From contig JBFMCP010000028.1 in NCBI GenBank assembly GCA_040754455.1, forward strand, positions 1 through 43,242: a stretch of DNA of 43,242 bases. The letters run 5' to 3'. Of this stretch, positions 9,640-17,147 are shown piece by piece. The DNA comes from Nitrospirota bacterium (GTDB lineage: Bacteria > Nitrospirota > Thermodesulfovibrionia > Thermodesulfovibrionales > Dissulfurispiraceae). Each line of letters begins with the position of its first letter. The stretch's first letter is position 1. Below the pieces are notes generated by a model that made no database searches, was not told the DNA's origin, and saw nothing but the letters and a program-made list of their open reading frames with translations. A program made the translations under genes and the position numbers.

Positions 9640-10584
9640 TTACCCTTTGCATTTTTCGAGTATAAGATTGGCTGCACCGATCATCCCCGCATCATCTCCC
9701 AGGGAAGAGGGGATGATCTTCACCCTGTTGTACAACTCCTTGAACGCTCTCTTCGATGCCTCCTGGATTGCGGCCTCCACATAGATATTCCAGGCGCCGA
9801 TCAGTCCGCCGGTAAGGACCACGGCATCGGGGCTGAAGATATTGATGACGCTCGCAATCCCGACGCCGAGGCTCTTTCCGGCATCTCTCAATACGCCGCG
9901 CGCCAGGGTGTCGCCTTCGAGTGCCGCCTTGTACACATCCTCTGCCTTGATCTTGTAGAAGTTGCCGTGGTAAAAATCTTTCAGAAGGCTGTTCTTCCCT
10001 TTTTCGATCTCGGCAATGGCCGTGCCGATAATCGCCGTTGCTGAAGCGTACAACTCGAGGCATCCTACATTGCCGCAGGGGCACTGCTGATGGGCTCCGG
10101 CGCTTATGCTCATGTGGCCTATCTCGGCGGCAACCGGCAGGAGCTTGTCATCGATCACGACGCCTCCGCCAATGCCGGTGCCGAGTGTCAGCATGACGAA
10201 ATTCCTGATATCCTTCCCGACACCGGAGAATTTCTCGCCATAGGCAGCGGCATTGGCGTCATTCTCGATAGCGACAGTAGTCTTGTACCACTTCCCGATC
10301 TCGGCGCTAAGCTGCACGCCGTTGAGCTTCGGGATATTCGGCGATCTCAGAACAATGCCGTTCTCACGGTCCACAACCCCGGCAACGGCAACGCCGATCC
10401 CGCATATTTCTTTCGCATGCGGTGCATATACCAATCCCAGCAGCTTGTGCAGCGCCGCGACCGGGTCTTTCCCGGTTGCTGCCTTCGCCTTCGAGTCCGG
10501 GACCACCTCGCCGTTGAACGTAATCAGGGCCGCACGTATATTGGTGCCGCCAATATCAACTCCTACGATATATTTCTTTGCCAT
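9640..10584 (-). CDS. ROK-family sugar kinase (probable glucokinase)
   Basis: GVDIGGT, ENDANAAA, TLGTGIGGG, EIGH and CPCGNVGCLE Zn motif. No HTH. Start could be 10617. Confidence 0.9.
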   Translation of the reverse strand: MAKKYIVGVDIGGTNIRAALITFNGEVVPDSKAKAATGKDPVAALHKLLGLVYAPHAKEICGIGVAVAGVVDRENGIVLRSPNIPKLNGVQLSAEIGKWYKTTVAIENDANAAAYGEKFSGVGKDIRNFVMLTLGTGIGGGVVIDDKLLPVAAEIGHMSISAGAHQQCPCGNVGCLELYASATAIIGTAIAEIEKGKNSLLKDFYHGNFYKIKAEDVYKAALEGDTLARGVLRDAGKSLGVGIASVINIFSPDAVVLTGGLIGAWNIYVEAAIQEASKRAFKELYNRVKIIPSSLGDDAGMIGAANLILEKCKG

Positions 10585-10846
10585 AGGTTCTCTCGCACTA
10601 GAATAGAACGTTTTCATGTTTTGTGAGTGCTGTTTTTAAGGGTTTGCAGTGAGCAGTTTCCCGCATGCTTAAGCGCCATTTTCTAAAAAGGTTATCTGAG
10701 GTATTCAGGACCGTGCCCGCGAGGGACTTCCGTTTTAAAATCAAACATTATATTACCATATTCCCGGGGTTTAGGCAATTTACGAACAGGCCTTGCACAC
10801 GAGGACAGAGGGAGGTGCGGAAAGGAGCTTTCGAGAGGAATCAAAC

Positions 10847-10896
10847 AGTAAAGAGCAAAATGAAAAAATATGTGATACTTAATTTTGCTCTTTGCT
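10847..10896. repeat. Inverted repeat of the CAAAAT/ATTTTG heptamer family upstream of polA
   Basis: AGTAAAGAGCAAAAT ... ATTTTGCTCTTTGCT, 15 bp with one G-U pair. Confidence 0.7.
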
Positions 10897-10955
10897 TTCC
10901 TTCCCCTGCCTTCACCCACGTACACATATCTTCATCCCGGCCCAACAAACGCTTC

Positions 10956-10964
10956 TGTTATAAT
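10956..10964 (+). promoter_or_regulatory. Extended -10 promoter directly before polA
   Basis: TGtTATAAT ends 5 nt before the ATG at 10970; no SD present. Confidence 0.55.
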
Positions 10965-10969
10965 TAAAT

Positions 10970-11893
10970 ATGAACCTCTATCTTATTGACGGAAGTTCCT
11001 ACTTCTACCGGGCGTATCACGCCATCAAGCGGTTATCCAATTCAAAGGGATTTCCCACCAACGCCATTTACGGGTTCACGAACATGCTCTTCAAGATCAT
11101 CAAAGACCGCCGGCCCGGCGCCCTGGCGATCACCTTCGATTCAGCCGTCCCCACTGAGCGGCACCGGATCTATGAGGAATACAAGGCGCAGCGGCCCGAA
11201 ATGCCCGGAGATCTCGCTGTCCAGATCCCTTACATAAAAGAGATCGTAAAGGCTTTCAACGTCCCTTTATTTGAGATACCGGGCTGCGAGGCCGACGATA
11301 TTATCGGCACTATAGCGAAGAAAGCCGCAGCGCAGGGAGCAACGGTCTTTATTGTGAGCGGTGACAAAGATATGATGCAACTGGTGCAGGAAACGATAAA
11401 GATCTACGATCCCCTGAAGGATACGGTCATCGATGAGGCACAGGTGCGGGAGCGTTTCGGAGTCCCACCCGAAAGGATTCCCGAGATCATGGCGTTGACC
11501 GGCGATGCGGTCGACAACATTCCCGGAGCAAAAGGGATCGGCGACAAGACGGCAAAGGAACTGATCCGGAAGGCCGGGACCCTTGATGCACTCCTGAGCC
11601 ATCCCGAAGCCATAGAGAAAGAACGGATACGACGGCTGATAACGGAGAGCATCGAAAATATCAAGCTAAGCAGGGTGCTCGCGACGATCGATACCAATCT
11701 GCCGATCGAAGTAGACCTCACCGATCTCGCCGTGCGCGAGCCCGACTGGCCGGCGCTCCTCCGCCTCTTCACCGAATTCGAATTCAAGAGCCTGATAAAG
11801 CTCATCCCTGCGCACGGGACGCCGTCGAGAGGCCAGTATCTTACTATTACCGACACCGAACAACTCCTCGAATTCCTCGGAATATCGTCATGA
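10970..11893 (+). CDS. polA: DNA polymerase I, N-terminal polypeptide (5'-3' exonuclease/flap endonuclease)
   Basis: LIDGSSYFYRAYHA, TNAIYGF, YKAQR, EADDIIGT, SGDKD, GDAVDNIPGAKGIGDKTA. Ends at TGA overlapping the next ATG. Confidence 0.93.
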   Translation: MNLYLIDGSSYFYRAYHAIKRLSNSKGFPTNAIYGFTNMLFKIIKDRRPGALAITFDSAVPTERHRIYEEYKAQRPEMPGDLAVQIPYIKEIVKAFNVPLFEIPGCEADDIIGTIAKKAAAQGATVFIVSGDKDMMQLVQETIKIYDPLKDTVIDEAQVRERFGVPPERIPEIMALTGDAVDNIPGAKGIGDKTAKELIRKAGTLDALLSHPEAIEKERIRRLITESIENIKLSRVLATIDTNLPIEVDLTDLAVREPDWPALLRLFTEFEFKSLIKLIPAHGTPSRGQYLTITDTEQLLEFLGISS

Positions 11894-13722
11894 AACAGCA
11901 TTCATTGTTTGAGGACGACAACAACCGTAACGAGTTGTCAGGAACGGGTAATGGGTTAAACAAAGAAAAAATCAACGATACCTCATCACGCATTACTCAT
12001 CACGCACCACTTACTGAGTTATCCTTTGATGTCGAAGCTACCGGAACAAATCCGCTATCGGACATTGTCGTGGGGATCGCGCTCTGCAAGGAAAAGGGCA
12101 CTTCTTATTATGTCCCCCTGCGCCATACCCAGGGGCCCAATGTCAGCAATGCACTGGACATTCTCAAAGGAGTTCTTGAGGATGCGTCGATCCCGAAGAT
12201 AGGGCACAACCTGAAATACGACATACTCATATTGCGCAAAGAGCACATTGCCGTCAGGGGAGTGCTCTACGACACGATGGTAGCTTCCTACCTGCTCAAT
12301 CCCAACAGGACGAGCCACAGTCTTGAGGAGGTCGGCCTCGAATATCTCTCCCATAAGAAGAGGGCCTTCCTCGAGGTGCTCGGAAAGCACGGCACCTTTG
12401 CGGAAGTCCCGGTTCCCGAGGCCACCCTGTATGCTGCCGAGGATGCGGCCCTCGCGATGGAACTGAAAGAGCTCCTCTTCGAACAGCTGAAGGCAAGAGG
12501 TCTTGAGCGGTTATATTTTGAAATTGAAATGCCGCTGATCTATATCCTTGCTGATATGGAGGAGGCAGGGATCAAGGTTGACAAGGAGCGGTTGGAGGCG
12601 TTATCGCGGGAGCTGGAGCAGGAGCTGGAAGGATTGCAGCAGAAAATCTATACCCTCGCCGGTTCCACCTTTAATATCAATTCGCCCCGTCAGCTCTGCA
12701 AAGTGCTCTTCGAGGACCTCGGGTTGAAGCCGCTCAAAAAGACAAAGACCGGGTACTCCACGGGAATGGATGTGCTTGAGGAGCTGGCGAAGAGCCATGA
12801 GATTCCCGGAGAAATCCTCAACTACCGGACGCTCTATAAATTGAAGACCACTTATGCGGACACCCTGCCCCACCTCATTAATGAGCGGACAGGGAGAATC
12901 CATACCTCTTTCAACCAGACCATAACCGCGACAGGGAGATTGAGCAGCAGCGATCCCAATCTTCAGAACATTCCGGTTCGGGGAGAGTGGGGAACGAGAA
13001 TACGGGAATCTTTCATAGCGGAAAAAGACAACGTGCTCATTTCAGCCGATTATTCACAAATCGAGTTGAGGATCCTGGCGCATGTAAGCAAAGACAGGGG
13101 GCTGGTCGATGCCTTCGCACACGATGTGGATGTCCATGCAAGGACCGGGGCCGAGCTCTTCGGCGTGCCGGTCAAAGCGATCACCGGCGATATGCGGAGG
13201 ATTGCGAAGACGGTAAACTTCGGAGTCGTGTACGGGATAAGCCCCTACGGGTTGTCCGAATCCCTCGGCATCACCCCCAAGGAAGCAGCGCATTTCATCG
13301 ATCAATACTTCAAACAGCATCCCGGGGTAAAGGAATACGTGGAGACTTCGATCAAGACAGCACAACAGCAGGGATACGTCTCGACCCTGCTCGGGAGGAT
13401 CCGTCCCATTCCTGAAATCAACAGCACCAACGCCTCCTCCAGACAGCAGGCCGAACGGCTGGCGGTCAACACTCCCATCCAGGGGACAGCCGCCGATCTG
13501 ATCAAACGGGCAATGATCAATGTCTCACGACAGCTGCGAGAAGAAGGGCTTGCAACGCGCATGCTCCTTCAGATCCATGATGAACTGCTCTTCGAAGCGC
13601 CGGCGCAGGAGTTGGAGAGGGCCGTCGAGATAATCCGCTACGAAATGGAGCACGCCCTCACCCTTTCAGTGCCGCTTAAAGTCGAGATCGGCTGGGGAAA
13701 AAGCTGGGCAGAAGCCCACTAA
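11890..13722 (+). CDS. polA: DNA polymerase I, C-terminal polypeptide (3'-5' exonuclease + polymerase) with a ~42-aa novel N-terminal extension
   Basis: ExoI FDVE, ExoII GHNLKYD, ExoIII YAAEDA; TATGRLSSSDPNLQNIP; motif A DYSQIELR, motif B RRIAKTVNFGVVYG, motif C QIHDE. Confidence 0.93.
   Translation: MKQHSLFEDDNNRNELSGTGNGLNKEKINDTSSRITHHAPLTELSFDVEATGTNPLSDIVVGIALCKEKGTSYYVPLRHTQGPNVSNALDILKGVLEDASIPKIGHNLKYDILILRKEHIAVRGVLYDTMVASYLLNPNRTSHSLEEVGLEYLSHKKRAFLEVLGKHGTFAEVPVPEATLYAAEDAALAMELKELLFEQLKARGLERLYFEIEMPLIYILADMEEAGIKVDKERLEALSRELEQELEGLQQKIYTLAGSTFNINSPRQLCKVLFEDLGLKPLKKTKTGYSTGMDVLEELAKSHEIPGEILNYRTLYKLKTTYADTLPHLINERTGRIHTSFNQTITATGRLSSSDPNLQNIPVRGEWGTRIRESFIAEKDNVLISADYSQIELRILAHVSKDRGLVDAFAHDVDVHARTGAELFGVPVKAITGDMRRIAKTVNFGVVYGISPYGLSESLGITPKEAAHFIDQYFKQHPGVKEYVETSIKTAQQQGYVSTLLGRIRPIPEINSTNASSRQQAERLAVNTPIQGTAADLIKRAMINVSRQLREEGLATRMLLQIHDELLFEAPAQELERAVEIIRYEMEHALTLSVPLKVEIGWGKSWAEAH
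11927..12014. repeat. Heptamer-repeat inverted hairpin element inside the polA coding region (GTAATGA/TCATTAC family)
   Basis: Left gtaacga-gttgtca-ggaacgg-gtaatgg; right ctcatca-cgcatta-ctcatca-cgcacca; A-rich loop. Translated as ...SSRITHHAPLT. Confidence 0.75.
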
Positions 13723-13784
13723 CAGTGTCAGTTTAAAGAGGCATATCGTTTTTATTCCGTCGTTAACTGGCACTGGGTACTGCC

Positions 13785-13813
13785 TTGACAAACATGCCTC
13801 TTCTTGGTATTGT
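13785..13813 (+). promoter_or_regulatory. Sigma70 promoter of the HU gene
   Basis: TTGACA-N17-TATTGT with TG extension. Confidence 0.7.
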
Positions 13814-13877
13814 GTATGTCTCTTAAATCCAGACCGGTTATTTCAAAAATACACACAGAAAGGGGGGGAGGAAGCAC

Positions 13878-14150
13878 ATGACAAAAACAGAGCTGATCGA
13901 CAAGATCGCCGCTGGTGCAGACCTGAGCAAGGCTGATGCAGACAGGGCTCTCAATGCTGCACTCGATGCAGTCAAGGCCGCTCTCAAAAAAGGACAGAAG
14001 GTGACGCTCGTAGGGTTCGGCACATTCTCGGTTTCCAAGAGAAAGGCAAGAAAAGGCCGTAATCCGAGGACCGGCGCAGAGATCAAGATACCCGCAACAA
14101 AGCTCCCGAAGTTTACCGCAGGCAAAACACTCAAAGACGCAATAAAATAA
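13878..14150 (+). CDS. hup: DNA-binding protein HU
   Basis: [41 protein letters not shown]. Confidence 0.97.
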   Translation: MTKTELIDKIAAGADLSKADADRALNAALDAVKAALKKGQKVTLVGFGTFSVSKRKARKGRNPRTGAEIKIPATKLPKFTAGKTLKDAIK

Positions 14151-14178
14151 CAGCACTTCTTTTTGTTTTTTTCCCTCA

Positions 14179-14204
14179 GGGGACAGCTGTCTCTCGCTGT
14201 CCCC
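14179..14204 (+). terminator. Hairpin downstream of hup
   Basis: GGGGACAGC-N8-GCTGTCCCC stem; only a short T tail. Confidence 0.5.
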
Positions 14205-14332
14205 CTTCATGCCCTCCTGGCGCTGACCATCATTTCTGATGCACCTCCGGGCAATCGGGGATATAATTTAATCAGGATTTATACAAGGGGCATTTTTGAA
14301 CATCTGAGCACAAAAACTCTACGGAGGTGTAT

Positions 14333-14638
14333 ATGCTTGCAGAGTTCAGTATTATTCCGATCGGCAGCGGAAGCAGTATCGGCGACCAGCTCGCCGCAGT
14401 GCTCAAAATAGTCGACGAGAGCGGTATCCCCTACCGGATCAACCCCATGGGCACGGTCCTCGAAGGCGAGTGGAATGACATCATGAAGCTGATCAAGAAA
14501 TGCCACGACGAAATCATGAAGCGGGAAGAACGGGCGTTTATCAGCATCACCATCGATGATCGGAAAAATAAGCCCGACCGTATTGCAGAAAAGATAGCGT
14601 CCGTCGAGAGGAGGCTGGGGAAGAAACTGAGCAAGTAG
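14333..14638 (+). CDS. MTH1187/YkoF-like thiamine-binding protein
   Basis: AEFSIIPIG, NPMGTVLEGEW, ITIDDR; ~100 aa; GGAGG RBS. Confidence 0.88.
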   Translation: MLAEFSIIPIGSGSSIGDQLAAVLKIVDESGIPYRINPMGTVLEGEWNDIMKLIKKCHDEIMKREERAFISITIDDRKNKPDRIAEKIASVERRLGKKLSK

Positions 14639-14683
14639 GCATGAAAAAAAAGGCTTTTTAGTGTATAGTATAAAACGCTGAAC

Positions 14684-14722
14684 GGCTGAAAGGATTGCTT
14701 CGGCAGTCCGGCAGCCATTTTT
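14684..14722 (+). terminator. Intrinsic terminator-like hairpin with UUCG loop upstream of usp
   Basis: GGCTG-aaa-GGATTGC-TTCG-GCAGTCC-gg-CAGCC-ATTTTT. Confidence 0.55.
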
Positions 14723-14770
14723 ATTGTTGCCGGAGAGCGGCACCAGAAGAATGCACCGCACAGGGGAGAC

Positions 14771-15640
14771 GTGATGAAAAGGATACTCGCCGCCGTTGAC
14801 CTCGGTCCCGACACCGAGCGCATACTCGCCTATGCGCTGTGGCTCGACAGGACATTCGGAGCCCGTGACAGTATAACACTGCTTAATGTCATGGATTATG
14901 CTTTCACTCCTCCTGCCTATCTCCAGTCCTACATCGAAAAAGAAAAGGCGCGGAATGAGGAAAGTCTGAGACAATGGGAAGAACGGCTGCGTTCTCACGG
15001 AGCACAGGCGGATCATGTGATTGCGGCAGGCAGACTAGTCGAAACCTTCAGCGCCGCAATGAGAGAGCTGCATACCGATATACTCGTCCTCGGCTATAAG
15101 TCACATGTGATCAAACCGAGCAGCTCCGAACGACTGATCAAGTCACTCGCCGTCCCCATGCTCGTGGTCAGAGGGCAGAAATCGGAGGGGGCGACGCTCG
15201 GATCAATCAAAGCAACAAAGATCCTGTGTGCCGTTGATTTCTCTGATAACTCAAAAAAGGCGCTCGAATTTGCGCTCACCTTGTCACAATCGAGCTCATC
15301 GCACCTCACGGTCATCAATGCGGTTTCAAGCGTGGATATGGAAAAAAGTTTCAAGAGCTTAAAAGGCATGAGCGAAAAAGACCGTGCCGACTACAAGACC
15401 CATCTAGTCCGCGAGGCCGAGGAGAGGATGTGCTCCTTCCTGGATGTCTGCAGCAGCGCCGACCGCCGGGTGAGCATCGGCGATCCCTACAAGGTCATCA
15501 ATGATGCGGCAGCAGAAGCGGCGAGCGATCTGATCGTCATGGGAGCACGGGGCCTTTCCTATACGAAAGGAGTGCTGCTGGGCAGCGTTTCCGAAGCAGT
15601 CATCAAATCCTCACCCTGCCCGGTAGCGATCGTCCATTAG
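14771..15640 (+). CDS. Universal stress protein (tandem USP domains)
   Basis: KRILAAVD, KILCAVDFS, DLIVMGARG...LLGSVSEAVIKSSPCPV. Confidence 0.93.
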   Translation: MMKRILAAVDLGPDTERILAYALWLDRTFGARDSITLLNVMDYAFTPPAYLQSYIEKEKARNEESLRQWEERLRSHGAQADHVIAAGRLVETFSAAMRELHTDILVLGYKSHVIKPSSSERLIKSLAVPMLVVRGQKSEGATLGSIKATKILCAVDFSDNSKKALEFALTLSQSSSSHLTVINAVSSVDMEKSFKSLKGMSEKDRADYKTHLVREAEERMCSFLDVCSSADRRVSIGDPYKVINDAAAEAASDLIVMGARGLSYTKGVLLGSVSEAVIKSSPCPVAIVH

Positions 15641-15643
15641 CCA

Positions 15644-16669
15644 ATGATCGAAATAGTACTCCTTGTCTTTAGTCTCCTGTCCATTCTCCTGAGTGCCGAA
15701 ATCTTTACGAACGGCGTTGAATCGCTCGGGAAAAGGCTTTCGCTCTCCCAGGCGGTGGTCGGCAGCATCCTCGCAGCGGTTGGCACAGCGCTTCCAGAGA
15801 CCATCCTCCCGATCGTCGCCATCCTGATGCGCGGCGGTGAGGCGGCCAAGAGCATCGGCGTCGGCGCGATCCTCGGCGCACCGTTCATGCTCTCGACACT
15901 CGCCTTTTTCCTTATTGGCGTCACGGTGCTCATCAGCTATCTCAGGAGGAAAAGGAAATTCGAGCTGATCATCGAGGCGCATTCCATGAGGCGCGACCTC
16001 CTCTTCTTCGTTCCCATGTATGGAACGGCAATCTTCCTTCCCATGGTTATTACCGGCTCGCGTACTTTCGTCGCCATAGCCCTTGCGGTCGGGTATCTTG
16101 TCTACGCCTATTTTACCTTCAGGGGCGAAAGCGCCGATATCATGCATACGGAAGAACTGTACCTGAAACGGGTCTTTCGCTCTCTCAAAAGAGGACGTCC
16201 CGCCGGGAAGGGAGAGGACGCGACATCGGTGATGCTCATTATTACCCAGGTGCTCGGGGCACTGGCGATCATGGTCGGCGGCGCGCATACGTTTGTGGGA
16301 AGCCTGGAAAAACTTTCCCATGCATGGGGAGTGAATCCATTGATCTTTGCCCTCCTGATCGCGCCGGTGGCGACAGAGCTCCCCGAAAAATTCAATAGCA
16401 TCACCTGGACTCTCAAGGGGAGGGATACCCTCGCCATGGGAAACGTTACCGGCGCAATGGTCTTTCAATCTACATTCCCGGTGTCGGTAGGATTGCTCTT
16501 TACTGACTGGCATATCTCGGGTCTGGCGCTTCTTTCCGCGGTGCTGGCGCTCGCATCGGCCGTGATCGCCATTGTTGAGGTATCGTTGCGGGGGAGACTC
16601 TCGCCTACAACAGTGCTTCTGGCCGGCGGGCTCTATCTCGTCTATGCCGCAGCAGTGTTCCTCGGATAA
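15644..16669 (+). CDS. Sodium:calcium antiporter (CaCA family)
   Basis: Alpha repeats AVGTALPE and PVATELPE, GNVTGA; about 10 TM helices. Confidence 0.9.
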   Translation: MIEIVLLVFSLLSILLSAEIFTNGVESLGKRLSLSQAVVGSILAAVGTALPETILPIVAILMRGGEAAKSIGVGAILGAPFMLSTLAFFLIGVTVLISYLRRKRKFELIIEAHSMRRDLLFFVPMYGTAIFLPMVITGSRTFVAIALAVGYLVYAYFTFRGESADIMHTEELYLKRVFRSLKRGRPAGKGEDATSVMLIITQVLGALAIMVGGAHTFVGSLEKLSHAWGVNPLIFALLIAPVATELPEKFNSITWTLKGRDTLAMGNVTGAMVFQSTFPVSVGLLFTDWHISGLALLSAVLALASAVIAIVEVSLRGRLSPTTVLLAGGLYLVYAAAVFLG

Positions 16670-16705
16670 AAATTATTCATCATCGCAATGTTGAATGTCA
16701 TTGTC

Positions 16706-17119
16706 CTACTCGACCACTTCCAGCACGCCCTCCATGCCCCTGTCGCGATGGCTCTTGAAGAAAAGAAATTTGTGGTCGCAATAGAAAGGATATGTTCCCG
16801 TTTTCTTCGGCGTAAAGGTAATGATCTTTGGCTCCGAGCTCAATGATTCATAAATATCGATGCCTGCCTCAGGCGCTTTGAGGACAATACGATGGGGTAC
16901 CAAGCTGGGCTCTTTCTTGATCCTGAGCTCTACTGGAACGTTCACTTTTACGATGACACGGGAAGGATTAAAAAAGAACTCACCTGCCGCCATCTCGATC
17001 CGCTGCACACCATCGCTGCCAATCGGTGCCTTATACGTCGTCTGCTCCCCCTGCACTGCAACAGCAAACCAAAGGCAGGCAACAGCCATTACTATAGCCG
17101 CGCTTCTCATCCTGCTCAT
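16706..17119 (-). CDS. Exported cupredoxin-domain protein
   Basis: Signal peptide, FFFNPS, PH...GTYPFYC...H...GM type-1 copper ligand pattern. Confidence 0.85.
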   Translation of the reverse strand: MSRMRSAAIVMAVACLWFAVAVQGEQTTYKAPIGSDGVQRIEMAAGEFFFNPSRVIVKVNVPVELRIKKEPSLVPHRIVLKAPEAGIDIYESLSSEPKIITFTPKKTGTYPFYCDHKFLFFKSHRDRGMEGVLEVVE

Positions 17120-17147
17120 CGCCGATCCCTCTCTTCCTTAATATTAT

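Noticed and set aside
11850..11893. Classical -1 programmed frameshift or selenocysteine readthrough joining the polA halves
   Set aside because: No X XXY YYZ slippery heptamer before the stop, and readthrough would stay in the wrong frame.
11891..12014. Self-splicing intron or intein explaining the polA split
   Set aside because: Only ~120 nt, with no group I/II core or intein motifs; excising the hairpin alone would leave the TGA at 11891-11893.
13768..13783. Sigma54 promoter TGGCAC...TGC before hup
   Set aside because: GG-to-GC spacing is 11 rather than 10, and a good sigma70 promoter is adjacent.
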